This document shows positions 30,456 to 40,298 of a stretch of 64,000 nt of DNA, piece after piece. The stretch lies in assembly GCA_020349885.1 (NCBI GenBank), contig CP070701.1:907880-971879 (forward strand), in the 5' to 3' direction. Source of the DNA: Acidobacteriota bacterium. Its GTDB lineage: Bacteria; Acidobacteriota; G020349885. Position 1 is the stretch's first letter, and each line of letters begins with the position of its first letter. Made by a program: the position numbers and the translations under genes. A model generated the notes under the pieces. That model saw only the letters and a list, made by a program, of their open reading frames with translations, did no database searches and had not been told where the DNA came from.

Positions 30456-31226
30456 TCAGAAGGGCTTGCCCACGGGCATCAGATAGAGCGGCTCTTCCCC
30501 GTCGCCCATCTTGAGGAGGCCGTGGACCTTGGCGTCGTCGAAAGCTCCCACGGTCAACGCGCCGAGGCCGAGCGCCTCGGCCTGGAGGCAGACGTTCTGG
30601 GCGGCGTGGCCGACTTCAATGTGGACGTAGCGGACGCCTCGCCGACCGTATTTTATCGTCGTGCGACGGTGGACACCGGAGAAGACGAGCACCGCGGCGC
30701 CCCTCCTGACGGGGTCCTGTCCCAAAGCCGCGGCGGAAAGCGCCGCTCGCATGTCTCCTTCCGCCACCGGCCGAAGCGTGTGTTTGTGGGGGTCATAGCT
30801 GTAGACCCCCTGGGTGAGGCCTTCCACGCGGCCCGCGGCTACGTAGAGCTCGAGCGGGTAGAGCGCCCCGGCCGACGGGGCCGTCCGCAGGCCGTCGGGA
30901 TGCGTGATTCCTTGAGCGGCCCAAAGCAGTTGTCCGAGCTCCTCGAGCGTAATGGGCTCGTTCTTGTAGCTCCGTACGGAGCGGCGCGTAAGGAAAGTGC
31001 TTTCCAGCGACACGTCGCTCTCGGTCCGCGCCTTGGGAAGCTTGACGGCTTTCATGGCTGCCTCTTTTCCAGGCGGAGGAGCCTTGCCCTCAGGAGCAGG
31101 GGGCATCTCAGAGCCCCATCCCAGCGTCAGAAAGGATGCAAGCGTGCAGAAAACGGCCCCCGAAACGAGCCGCCCGCGCCCCGCCGCGCCCACGGTGGAT
31201 TTCCAGAAGTTTCGTCTTGCAGGCAT
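30456..31226 (-). CDS. SagB/ThcOx-type nitroreductase-family protein with an N-terminal export signal
   Basis: RRSVRSY, LGQLLWAAQG, RTAPSAGALYPLE, EVGHAAQN; AAGGAG RBS before the ATG at 31226. Confidence 0.88.
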   Translation of the reverse strand: MPARRNFWKSTVGAAGRGRLVSGAVFCTLASFLTLGWGSEMPPAPEGKAPPPGKEAAMKAVKLPKARTESDVSLESTFLTRRSVRSYKNEPITLEELGQLLWAAQGITHPDGLRTAPSAGALYPLELYVAAGRVEGLTQGVYSYDPHKHTLRPVAEGDMRAALSAAALGQDPVRRGAAVLVFSGVHRRTTIKYGRRGVRYVHIEVGHAAQNVCLQAEALGLGALTVGAFDDAKVHGLLKMGDGEEPLYLMPVGKPF

Positions 31227-31537
31227 GGTGTACGCTCCTTGTTTGCTCCAGGCCCGGGTTGAAAGCCGCGCCTGAAGGATAACGTGCCGTTGGATAGTGC
31301 AAAGTCCATTATACAGCAAATCGGCGCGCGCCCGTGACGCCCAGGGTTTTGCCGGGCCATAACAAGGGTTCAGGGCGTTTGCATTTCCGGGCGGCTTGAG
31401 GGAAGAGTACGCTACGGGCGTGTAGGCGTTTTGCCTTGGGTTGAGCCCTGAGTAAGCTCCGGCGGGCCGCCGTCCGACGGTTCCTGGAGGCGGATAAAAT
31501 TCGGCAAGCGCGGCAAGTCCGCGACGAGTCGCGGCCG

Positions 31538-32155
31538 CTACTTTTTCCGCTCCTCGAAATCTACCAGGTCGCGCTGCTCGAGCACCTTGTCCACCATGCC
31601 GTAGCTCAGGGCGTCCTCGGCCGCCATGATGAAGTCGCGGTCGGTGTCTTTCTCGATCTTATCGAGCGGCTGCCCCGTGTGCTTGGCGAGGATTTCGTTG
31701 AGGCGCTTGCGGATGCGGAGAATCTCCTGCGCCTGGATGCTGACGTCCGAGGCCTGTCCCTGAAAGCCCCCGAGGGGCTGGTGGATGATGATGCGCGAGT
31801 TGGGGAGCGCGAACCGCTTGCCCTCGGTTCCCGCCGAAAGGATCAGGGCGCCCATGCTCGCCGCCTGCCCGATGCAGATGGTCGAGACGTTGGGCTTGAC
31901 GAACTGCATCGTGTCGTAAATGGCGAGCCCCGCCGTGACGGAGCCGCCGGGGCAGTTGACGTAGACGTAGATGTCCTTGCCGGGGTCTTCGGCTTCGAGA
32001 AAGAGCATCTGGGCGATGACCACGTTGGCGATGTCGTCCGTGACAGGCGTGCCGATGAAGACGATGTTGTCCTTGAGGAGGCGCGAGTAGATGTCGTACG
32101 CGCGCTCCCCGCGGGGGGTCTGCTCGACCACTATCGGAATGAGGGGCATCATCAT
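31538..32155 (-). CDS. clpP: ATP-dependent Clp protease proteolytic subunit
   Basis: [29 protein letters not shown]. Confidence 0.97.
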   Translation of the reverse strand: MMMPLIPIVVEQTPRGERAYDIYSRLLKDNIVFIGTPVTDDIANVVIAQMLFLEAEDPGKDIYVYVNCPGGSVTAGLAIYDTMQFVKPNVSTICIGQAASMGALILSAGTEGKRFALPNSRIIIHQPLGGFQGQASDVSIQAQEILRIRKRLNEILAKHTGQPLDKIEKDTDRDFIMAAEDALSYGMVDKVLEQRDLVDFEERKK

Positions 32156-32176
32156 GTTCCTTTCTTTCTGCGCGCC

Positions 32177-33502
32177 TCACGCGGCCTCCCCCGTAGGGGA
32201 AGGCTCGCGCGGCTCAAGGGCTATTGTAGCATGTGCGAGGAGGAAATCGGTAGCCTTCTGGCGGCGCAGGCGCGCGCGGAGGTTTTCCATAGCGTCCTTC
32301 TCGCGCTTGTAGTGCCGGCGCATCTCGTCGGCCGGGAGGCCCACGACCTGCGCCATGCGCTCGAACTCGCGGGAAATCTCTTCCTCCGAGACCTCGATCT
32401 TTTCCGTATCGGCGATTTTTCCGAGAAGAAGCGCGGCGTGCACTCGCTTGAGGGCCTCTTCACGGCCGCTTTCGTGAATCTCTTTCCAGTTGAAGGAGGG
32501 GTCGCGGGGGTCGATGCCGCGCTGGCCGAGCGCCTGGGCGGCCTGCTCCGTCTGGGCTCTCATCTGCCGCTCGATGAACGTCTCAGGAATCGTGACCGGA
32601 TTCTCGGCAATGAGCGCCGCGAGCGCCTGCTCCTCCAGGTCCTTGCGGACGTCCCTCTGCTTCTGCGCCTCCAGGTCCTTTCTCAGCTGCTCCTCGAGCT
32701 CCGCCAGGGAGGTGAGCTCGTCCGAGATCTGTTTTGCGAACTGGTCGTCCAGTTCGGGAAGGCGCTTCTCCTTGACGGCCTTGACCTCCACCCGGTAGCG
32801 AACGGTCTTACCCGCCACCGTCTTGTCCGGATGTTCGGCGCCGTAGTCGACGGAGAATTCCTTGACATCGCCCGGGCTCGCGTCCAGGAGCTCCTTGAGG
32901 AAGGTGGGCTCCAGGTTGTCGTCCAGGGAAAGCGTCACGGTTTCCTTCTTCGGCTTGGCGTCGTCCCGCTCGCTCTCCACGTCCGCGGCTACGAAGTCGC
33001 CTTTGCGCGCGGCGCGGCCCTCGACGGGCACAAGGCTCGCCACGCGCTCGCGCAGCGCCTCGAGGGATTTTTTCACTTCCTCGCTGGAGACCTTGGCGGA
33101 TTTCCTGGCCAGGGAAAGGCCGCGAACACGCTTCAGGGAAATTTCGGGGTGAATCTCGATGTCCACCTCGAAGCGGAAGTCGACCGTGGGGCCCGACTCG
33201 GAGAGCGCCAAGTCGGGCTGCTCGGTTAAGACGGGGTTTCCCACGGGCTCGATCGAAGCATCTTTCAGCGCCTGGGAGACTTTTTCCGTGATGATGCGCT
33301 CGAGCACCTCCTTGGAGATCTGCTGATGGAACCGGCGCTTGATGAGGTCTATGGGCGCCTTGCCCTTGCGGAAACCCGGCAAGTCGGCTTCGCGGCGCAT
33401 CTCGGCCACGACCTTGTCGAACGTCACCTGGACGTCGTCACGAGGCACCTCGATTCTGAGGCGCCTCTTGCACGCGCTGAGGTTCTCGATCTGGACGTTC
33501 AT
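32177..33502 (-). CDS. tig: Trigger factor
   Basis: PGFRKGKAP ribosome-binding motif, LPELDDQFAK; position between tRNA-Leu and clpP. Confidence 0.93.
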   Translation of the reverse strand: MNVQIENLSACKRRLRIEVPRDDVQVTFDKVVAEMRREADLPGFRKGKAPIDLIKRRFHQQISKEVLERIITEKVSQALKDASIEPVGNPVLTEQPDLALSESGPTVDFRFEVDIEIHPEISLKRVRGLSLARKSAKVSSEEVKKSLEALRERVASLVPVEGRAARKGDFVAADVESERDDAKPKKETVTLSLDDNLEPTFLKELLDASPGDVKEFSVDYGAEHPDKTVAGKTVRYRVEVKAVKEKRLPELDDQFAKQISDELTSLAELEEQLRKDLEAQKQRDVRKDLEEQALAALIAENPVTIPETFIERQMRAQTEQAAQALGQRGIDPRDPSFNWKEIHESGREEALKRVHAALLLGKIADTEKIEVSEEEISREFERMAQVVGLPADEMRRHYKREKDAMENLRARLRRQKATDFLLAHATIALEPREPSPTGEAA

Positions 33503-33533
33503 ACGGTGAATGCTCTTTCTGTTGTTCGAAGGG

Positions 33534-33615
33534 TGCGAAAGGGGGGATTTGAACCCCCACCCCCGAAGGGACGGGATCCTAAGTCCCGCGCGTCTGCCAG
33601 TTCCGCCACTTTCGC
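33534..33615 (-). tRNA. tRNA-Leu(TAG)
   Basis: GCGAAAG/CTTTCGC acceptor stem, CGGGA-CTTAGGA-TCCCG anticodon arm, long variable arm, GGTTCAAATCC; CCA not encoded. Confidence 0.93.
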
Positions 33616-33647
33616 CCGGGAAATCTTTCCGCCGCCCGCATCTCCTT

Positions 33648-33688
33648 CCGTACGGTTTCCATACGGGTTCCGTACGGCCTCCATACGG
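33648..33688. repeat. Four 11-bp tandem units, CC(G/A)TACGGnnn
   Basis: CCGTACGG ttt CCATACGG gtt CCGTACGG cct CCATACGG between the two tRNAs. Confidence 0.8.
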
Positions 33689-33690
33689 GA

Positions 33691-33763
33691 TGAGCCGCGC
33701 AGGAGTCGAACCTGCAACCTACGGATTAAGAGTCCGTTGCTCTGCCAGTTGAGCTAGCGGCCC
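33691..33763 (-). tRNA. tRNA-Lys(CTT)
   Basis: GGGCCGC/GCGGCTC acceptor stem, ACGGA-CTCTTAA-TCCGT anticodon arm, GGTTCGACTCC; CCA not encoded. Confidence 0.94.
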
Positions 33764-33886
33764 AAGTGTTGAAAGCAACTGAAAACAAAGGATATCTCAA
33801 CCGATGTATAATTTCGCTTTACCAGTTTCAACCGTTTTTCAGCCGCCGCTTCGGACTTTCCGCCTTCTTCCTCGGCTATCAGCCCT

Positions 33887-33915
33887 ATTGTGCCATGGGG
33901 CTTTTGGGGCTGCAA
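33887..33915 (-). promoter_or_regulatory. Probable promoter for the tRNA-Lys/tRNA-Leu/tig/clpP run
   Basis: TTGCAG-17 nt (ending TGg)-CACAAT. Confidence 0.4.
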
Positions 33916-33973
33916 GTGGGCGTAGATTTACGTCGTCGTAGCGTGGCCATGGCCGCGCGGTGGATGTACGCAC

Positions 33974-35542
33974 CTAGTGAAGCCGCTCCAGCTCCCGCCC
34001 GGCGCTCTGGTATTCGGGTATTATCGTTGCGTTGGTCGCGAGGCATTTTTCAAAAAGCTCGCGGGCCTTCTTCTCCCGTTCCGGCAGGGGCGCATCGCTT
34101 GGCTCCCCCGTGCCCAGCAAATGCGCCATACCCATGTAGTAATACGCTTCGCATTTTCGCCGTCGATCGGTTTCCTCGTCGTCGCTTTCCGTCGCTTCGA
34201 GAACCTTCTCCTCAGTGATTTCCCCGATGTAGAAGCGCGCAAGAGGCGCGGGCCATCCGGCGTCTTCGGGTGTTTTTCCCCAGTTACTCACGTGCGCTCG
34301 AGCTTCTTCCTCCCTGCCCGTTTCGAAGACGGCAAGGGAGTAGGCAAGCTGGACATAGACGTCATCATATTCGACATCCACGGCCGTGCGGTATTCGGCG
34401 CTTTCGGGATCCCAAAGGACGGGTGCCTGGAATTCTTGGATGGCTTCCCAGTATTTCTCCTGGTGGTAGTAAACCCACGCCAGGCCGCTGTGCGCATTGG
34501 CGTGTTCCGGTTCGAGTCTGATAGCTTTCTGGAACTCCGAGATGGCCGCCCCAAACTCGCTCTGGTCCGCGTACACCCACCCCAGGCTGTTGTGTGGGTC
34601 CGGGTTTTCCGGCTCCAAGGCGACGGCTTTCCACAACTCGGCAGTCGCCTCCTCGTAGCGGCCCTGCATATGGTAAATGTCGCCCATGCCGTTGTGTGCC
34701 TCGATGTCATCCGGGTCGAGCTCGGCGGCTTCCTGAAATTTCACCAGCGCCTCCTCGTACCTTCCCTGGCCGTAGTAAACCCACCCGAGGTCGCTCAGCA
34801 GCACGGCGTCTTCGGGCCTGAGGTGGCCGTACCGCTCGTCGCTGACCAGCGCGAGGGATTTTTCAAATAAATCCTCCGCCTCCTCCCAGTTTTCCAGAAT
34901 GTAGTAAACGTTGCCCTGCCAGCGAAGGCTCTCCGCGGTGGGGGGGTCGATTTTCTGAAGCAGGCGAAGCGCCTTGTCGGGCATGTCTTGGTAGTAAGCC
35001 GCCGCCACAAGGAGTGCCACGTTGCGAAGCTCGTCCACTTCGGTTTTTTCCACCCCCCCCTGCTCGGGCGAGGCGAAAAGCACCTCTACGGAGCGCTCCT
35101 TTTCCCGGAACCACCGAAGGGGCGTCAAGGTTGTGAGGTAGGGCCGAATTTCCATGCTTTCCTGAAACATGAACACGTGCCCCCAGACGACAATGTCCGC
35201 CTGGAGTGCTTCGCCCAGGGTTTCCGCCTCCTCCTCGGTGCGGGGAGGTTCGTCAGCATCTTCCGCCGCTGAAATCGTTACGCCTTCCTCGGCCCCCAGC
35301 TCCTCGCGAAGCGTCTTCTCCGCCATGCGCTGCATGGCCCGGCCCTTTTCCATGGCCGTCTCGTCCGGTCCCCAGAACGGTGCCACCGCGATGACGAATT
35401 TTTCTTCTTCCCTCTCCACTTCCGTCCTCTCTTCCAACGGGAGAGGGAAAAGGGGGGCGAGGGCCTTCCACGCCCACCATGCCGCCGCTGCGGCTATGAT
35501 GAGTATAAAGACAATTACCGTCCAGAGGGTTTTCTTATTCAT
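33974..35542 (-). CDS. Membrane-anchored TolB_N-like/TPR/NlpI-like protein, copy 1 (subtype A)
   Basis: TM, VIAVAPFWG...ADIVVWGHV, TPRs, WPAPLARFY.GEI...CEAYYYMG...PEY..A..EL. Confidence 0.85.
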   Translation of the reverse strand: MNKKTLWTVIVFILIIAAAAAWWAWKALAPLFPLPLEERTEVEREEEKFVIAVAPFWGPDETAMEKGRAMQRMAEKTLREELGAEEGVTISAAEDADEPPRTEEEAETLGEALQADIVVWGHVFMFQESMEIRPYLTTLTPLRWFREKERSVEVLFASPEQGGVEKTEVDELRNVALLVAAAYYQDMPDKALRLLQKIDPPTAESLRWQGNVYYILENWEEAEDLFEKSLALVSDERYGHLRPEDAVLLSDLGWVYYGQGRYEEALVKFQEAAELDPDDIEAHNGMGDIYHMQGRYEEATAELWKAVALEPENPDPHNSLGWVYADQSEFGAAISEFQKAIRLEPEHANAHSGLAWVYYHQEKYWEAIQEFQAPVLWDPESAEYRTAVDVEYDDVYVQLAYSLAVFETGREEEARAHVSNWGKTPEDAGWPAPLARFYIGEITEEKVLEATESDDEETDRRRKCEAYYYMGMAHLLGTGEPSDAPLPEREKKARELFEKCLATNATIIPEYQSAGRELERLH

Positions 35543-35560
35543 GAATCACGATTTCTTTTT

Positions 35561-37123
35561 TTAAAGCTGCTTCAGCTCCCGCTCGGCGCTCCGGTATTCG
35601 GGCGTTATCGTTGCACCGGTCGAGAGGCATTTCTCAAAATACCCGCGGGCCTTCTTCTCCCGTTCCGGCAGGGGCGCATCGCTCGGTGCCCCTGCACCCA
35701 GCAAATGCGCCGTTCCCATGTAGTAATACGCCTCGCATTTTTGCCGGCGGCCGATTTCCTCGTCGTCGCTTTCCGCCGCTTCGAGGACTTTTTCTTCCGC
35801 GGCTTCTCCGGCGTAGAAGCGCGCAATGGGTGCGGGCCATTCGGCTTCCGCTATGCCTTTGTACATTCTTGCCACTTCTTTCATGTGCGCTCGAGCTTCT
35901 TCCTCCCTGCCCGTTTTGAGGAGGGCAAGAGAGTAGGCAAATCCGAGGTAGACGTCCCCATATACGGCCTCAATGGCCGTGCGATGTTCGGCGCCTGCGG
36001 GATCTACAACGGGCGTCTCAAACTCCGCGACAGCCTTCTCGTATTCCCCCTGGTGGTAGTAAACCCACGCCAAGCCGGTGTGCGCATCGGCGTGTTTCGG
36101 GTCGAACTCGACGACTTTCCGGAACTCCGAGATGGCCGCCCCAAATTCGCTCTGGTCGCAGTACACCCATCCCAAGCTGTTGTGGGGTTCGGGGTTTTCC
36201 GGCTCCAGGGCGATGGCTTTCCACAGCTCGGCAGCCGCCTCCTTGTAGCGGCGCTGGATATAGTAAATGTCGCCCATGCCGTTGTGTGCCTCGATGTCCT
36301 CCGGGTCGAGCTCGACGGCTTCCTGAAATTTCGCCAGCGCCTCCTCGTATTTCCCCTCGTAGTAGTAAACCCACCCGAAGTCGCTCAAGAGCGCGGCGTC
36401 TTCGGGCCTGAGGTGACCGTACCGCTCGTCATTGACCAGCGCAAGGGATTTTTCAAACAAGCCCTCCGCCTCTTCCCAGTTTTCCAAGATGTAGTAAATG
36501 TTGCCCTGCCAGTGCAGGCTATCCGCGGTGGGGGGCTCGATTTTCTGAAGGAGGCGAAGCGCCTTGTCGGGCATGTCCTGGTAGTAAGCGGCCGCCACAA
36601 GTAGCGCCACGTTGCGAAGCTCGTCCACTTCGGTTTTTTTCACCCCTCCCTCCTCGGGCGGGGCGAAGAGCACCTCTACGGAGCGTTCCTTTTCCCGGAG
36701 CCAGCGAAAGGGTGCCAGGGTCGTGAAGTAGGGCCGAATCTCCATGCCTTCCTGAAACAAGAACACGTGCCCCCAGACGACAATGTCCGCCTGGAGCGCT
36801 TCGCCGAAATTTCTCGCTTCCTCCTCGGTGCGGGGAGGCTCCTCAGCTTCTTCCGCCAGAATCGCCACGCCTTCCTCGGCCCCCAACTCCTCGCGAAGCG
36901 TTTTCTCCGCCAGGCGCTGCACGGCCCGGCCCTCTTCCACGGCTTTCGCGTCCGACCCCCAGAACGGCGCCACCGCGATGACGAAGTGCTCTTCCTGGTC
37001 TTGCAGGGACAAAGCGTCACCCGGGGCGACCCCGCAGATACCCCCGCATTTCCACACCCACCATGCCGCCGCCGCGGCGATGACGAGAATGACGATCGCT
37101 ACCCAGAGGATTTTCTTATTCAT
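35561..37123 (-). CDS. Membrane-anchored TolB_N-like/TPR/NlpI-like protein, copy 2 (subtype A)
   Basis: Same architecture; start MNKKILW assigned by alignment with paralogues. Confidence 0.85.
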   Translation of the reverse strand: MNKKILWVAIVILVIAAAAAWWVWKCGGICGVAPGDALSLQDQEEHFVIAVAPFWGSDAKAVEEGRAVQRLAEKTLREELGAEEGVAILAEEAEEPPRTEEEARNFGEALQADIVVWGHVFLFQEGMEIRPYFTTLAPFRWLREKERSVEVLFAPPEEGGVKKTEVDELRNVALLVAAAYYQDMPDKALRLLQKIEPPTADSLHWQGNIYYILENWEEAEGLFEKSLALVNDERYGHLRPEDAALLSDFGWVYYYEGKYEEALAKFQEAVELDPEDIEAHNGMGDIYYIQRRYKEAAAELWKAIALEPENPEPHNSLGWVYCDQSEFGAAISEFRKVVEFDPKHADAHTGLAWVYYHQGEYEKAVAEFETPVVDPAGAEHRTAIEAVYGDVYLGFAYSLALLKTGREEEARAHMKEVARMYKGIAEAEWPAPIARFYAGEAAEEKVLEAAESDDEEIGRRQKCEAYYYMGTAHLLGAGAPSDAPLPEREKKARGYFEKCLSTGATITPEYRSAERELKQL

Positions 37124-37143
37124 TGAGTCGCGATTTCTTTTTT

Positions 37144-38712
37144 TTAAAGCTGCTTCAGCTCCCGCTCGGCGCTCCGGTATTCGGGTACTGTTGTTGCGCC
37201 GGTCGCGAGGCATTTTTCAAAATGCTCGCGGGCTTTTTTCTCCCGTTCCGGCTGGGACGCATCGCGCTGCGCCCCAACGCCCAGCAAATGCGTCATCCCC
37301 ATGTAATAATACGCCTCGCATTTTTGCTCTTGTTCGAGTTCTTCGTCGTCGGCCTCCGCCGCTTTGAGGACATCTCCCTCCGTGATTTCCCCCAAGTAGA
37401 AGAACGCAAGGGGCGCGGCCCACCCGGGCTTCTCGTCGCCTCTGAACAACTTTGCCAATTCTTTTATAGGCGTCTGAGCTTCCTCACCCCGCCCCGCTCT
37501 GTGGAGGGCGAGGGAGTAAGCAAGCTGGATGTAGACGTCGCTGTACTCGGATTTGATGGCCGGATTTTCGTTGCCCGTTGCGAGATCTACAACGGGCATC
37601 TCAAACTCCGCGACGGCTTTCTCGTATTCCCCCTCGTGGTAGTGCAGCCATCCCACGGCGTTGCGCACCTCGGCGTAATGCGGGTCGAGCGTGATGACTT
37701 TCTGAAACGCCGCAAGCGCCTTCTCGTACTCGTATTTTTCCCCGTAGCAGTACGTCCACCCCAGGCCGTCGTGCGCGTCGGAGTTGCCCGGGTCGAGCTC
37801 AGCGGCTTTCTGGAATTCCGCACGTGCTTCCTCGTATTTCACCTGCTCTAAGCGAACCCATCCCAGGTCGGCGTACAGCATCGAGTCCTTCGGGTCGAGC
37901 GTGAGGGACTCCGGAGGCTCCGCGGGCGCCTCCCCGGCCGCAACGGTCTCGCGCCCCTCCCCAAGCTTGGGCTTGAGGCGCTCGTACCGCTCGCGGCGGG
38001 CCTGCGCGATGGCTCTTAAGTACAAATCCGCCGCCTCTTCCTGTTTGCTCAGCATGTAGTAGATGTTGCCCTGCCAGCGCAGGCTCTCCACGGTGGGGGG
38101 ATCGATTTTCTCGAGCAGGCGGAGCGCCTTGTCGGGCTCGCCCTGGTAATAGACGGCCGCCACAACGAGCGCCACGTTGCGAAGCTCGGCCACTTTGGTT
38201 TTTTGCATCTCCTCCTGCTCGGGCAGGGTGAAAAACGCTCCCATGGATTGCTCCTCTTTCCGAATCCAGCGAAGGGACGTCAGGGTCGTGAAGTAGGGCC
38301 GGATCTCCAAGCCTTCCTGAAACACGAACACCTGCCCCCAGATGACGATGTCCGCATGGTGCGCTTCACCGAGGGTTTTCGCCTCCTCGTCGGTGCGGGG
38401 AGGCTCTTCGATCCCTTCCGTTAAAATCGTCACGCTTTCCTCGGCCTCCAGCTCCTCTCGAAGCGCATCCCCCGTCAGGCGTTGCATGGAGCGGCCTTCT
38501 TCATCGGCCTTCGGGTCCGACGCCCAGAACGGCGCCACCGCGATGATGAATTGTCCTTCCATGTCTTGCAGGGACGAAGCGTCGCTCAGGCCGAGCTTGC
38601 AGGTCCCCCCGCATTTCCACAACCACCATGCTGCCGCCGCGGCGATGACGAGAATGACAATCGCCGCCCAGAGAATTTTTTTTCGTTGTGACCGTCCTTG
38701 CGTTTTACTCAT
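37144..38712 (-). CDS. Membrane-anchored TolB_N-like/TPR/NlpI-like protein, copy 3 (subtype B)
   Basis: Same architecture with an ARRERYERLKPKL...ESL insertion. Confidence 0.85.
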   Translation of the reverse strand: MSKTQGRSQRKKILWAAIVILVIAAAAAWWLWKCGGTCKLGLSDASSLQDMEGQFIIAVAPFWASDPKADEEGRSMQRLTGDALREELEAEESVTILTEGIEEPPRTDEEAKTLGEAHHADIVIWGQVFVFQEGLEIRPYFTTLTSLRWIRKEEQSMGAFFTLPEQEEMQKTKVAELRNVALVVAAVYYQGEPDKALRLLEKIDPPTVESLRWQGNIYYMLSKQEEAADLYLRAIAQARRERYERLKPKLGEGRETVAAGEAPAEPPESLTLDPKDSMLYADLGWVRLEQVKYEEARAEFQKAAELDPGNSDAHDGLGWTYCYGEKYEYEKALAAFQKVITLDPHYAEVRNAVGWLHYHEGEYEKAVAEFEMPVVDLATGNENPAIKSEYSDVYIQLAYSLALHRAGRGEEAQTPIKELAKLFRGDEKPGWAAPLAFFYLGEITEGDVLKAAEADDEELEQEQKCEAYYYMGMTHLLGVGAQRDASQPEREKKAREHFEKCLATGATTVPEYRSAERELKQL

Positions 38713-38802
38713 GGATTTACCTTTCAGGCGAGCCGTAGAACGCCGGGGGCGGAAGTCCGAAGCCGCTGAACGGGCCGCAAGAGGCGAGGCCGGTGCGGTT
38801 TC

Positions 38803-40275
38803 CTAAGCTCCTCCTTGAAGCTGCTCAAGCTCCCGCTCGGCGCTCCGGTATTCGGGCAGGTCTGTTGCATCGGTCGCGAGGCTCTTTTCGAGGTATTCGC
38901 GGACTGTTTCCTGCCGATTCCGTTGGGGGGCGCCGCCGGACGGCCCCACGCCCAGCGCATACGCCATCCCCATGTAATAATACGCCTCGCATATTTGCTC
39001 TCGCTCAAGTGTCTCGTCGTCGACCTTCGCCGCTTCGAGAACCTCTTCTTCCGTGATTTCCCCGAGGTAGAAGAGCACAAGGGGCGCGGGCCATTCGGCT
39101 TCCGCTATGCCTTTGTACATTCTTGCCGCCTCTTCCATGTGCGCTTGAGCTTCTTCCCCCCGGCCCGTTTTGAGGAGGGCGAGGGAGCAGGCAAGCTGGA
39201 CGTAGACGTCGTCGTAATCGACTTCTACGGCCTTGCGATATTCGGCGCCCGTGGCATCTGTGATGGTCGTCTGAAACTCGCCGACGGCCTCCTCGTATCT
39301 CCCCTCGTGGTAGTAAACCCACCCGAGGCCGTTGTGCACCTCGGCGTTGTTCGGATCGAGCTCGACGGCCTTCTGGAACTCCGCAACCGCCTCATCATAG
39401 TCTTCGTCGAAGTAGTAAAGCCACCCCATACCGCTGAGCGCTTCGACGTGTTCCGGGTCGAGCTCGAGGGACTTCTGGAACTTCGCACGCGCCTCCTCGT
39501 ATTTTGCCTGCTCAAAGTAAAGCCACGCGAGGTCGCTCAGGAGTATGGCGTCCTCGGGCCTGAGGTGGCCGAACCGCTCTTCCCGGGCCAGCGCGAGGGC
39601 TTCTTCCGCCAAACTTTCCGCCTTTTCCCATTTCTTCAGAATGTAGTATACGTTGGCTTGCCAGCGCAGGCTCTCCGCGGTGGGGGGATCGATTTTCTGA
39701 AGCAGTCGAAGCGCCTTGTCGGGTTCGTTCTGGTAATACACCGCCGCCACGAGGATCGCCACGTTGCGAAGCTCGTCCACTTCGGTCTTTTTCATCCCTC
39801 CCTCATCGGGCGGGGCGAAGAGCACTTCCATGGAGCGTTCTTTTTCCCGAAGCCAGCGAAGGGGCGTCAGGGCCGTGAAGTAGGGCCGTATCTCCATGGC
39901 TTCCTGAAACACGAACACGTGCCCCCAGACGACGATGTCCGCCTGGAGCGCCGCGCCGAACTTTTTCGCTTCCTCGTCGGTGCGTGGAGGTTTTTTCACC
40001 TCTTCCGCCAGAATCGCCACGCCTTCCTCTGTCCCCAGCTCCTCGCGAAGCGTCTTCTCCGCCAGGCGCTGCACGGCCAAGCCCTCCTCAACGGCCTTCG
40101 CGTCCGACCCCCAGAACGGCGCCACCGCGATGACGAAGTGCTCTTCCTGGTCTTGCAGGGCCGAAGCGTCGCTCAGGCCGAGCTTGCATGCCCCCCCGCA
40201 TTTCCACACCCACCATGCTGCCGCGGCGGCGATGACGAGAAGGACAATCACCGCCCAGAGGATTTTCTTTTTCAT
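38803..40275 (-). CDS. Membrane-anchored TolB_N-like/TPR/NlpI-like protein, copy 4 (subtype A, one TPR fewer)
   Basis: Same architecture; ERFGHLRPEDA linker. Confidence 0.85.
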   Translation of the reverse strand: MKKKILWAVIVLLVIAAAAAWWVWKCGGACKLGLSDASALQDQEEHFVIAVAPFWGSDAKAVEEGLAVQRLAEKTLREELGTEEGVAILAEEVKKPPRTDEEAKKFGAALQADIVVWGHVFVFQEAMEIRPYFTALTPLRWLREKERSMEVLFAPPDEGGMKKTEVDELRNVAILVAAVYYQNEPDKALRLLQKIDPPTAESLRWQANVYYILKKWEKAESLAEEALALAREERFGHLRPEDAILLSDLAWLYFEQAKYEEARAKFQKSLELDPEHVEALSGMGWLYYFDEDYDEAVAEFQKAVELDPNNAEVHNGLGWVYYHEGRYEEAVGEFQTTITDATGAEYRKAVEVDYDDVYVQLACSLALLKTGRGEEAQAHMEEAARMYKGIAEAEWPAPLVLFYLGEITEEEVLEAAKVDDETLEREQICEAYYYMGMAYALGVGPSGGAPQRNRQETVREYLEKSLATDATDLPEYRSAERELEQLQGGA

Positions 40276-40298
40276 AAGCCGCTAATTCCTTTATTTTC

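Noticed and set aside
30456-31226. Thiazole/oxazole RiPP cluster
   Set aside because: The SagB-like gene stands alone with no YcaO, E1-like protein or precursor
33534-33763. tRNAs lacking encoded CCA as pseudogenes
   Set aside because: Cloverleafs are intact and CCA is often added post-transcriptionally
38676-38683. A8 run near the start of TPR copy 3 as a phase-variation switch
   Set aside because: Explained by Arg-Lys-Lys-Ile codons; the frame is intact and the run is short
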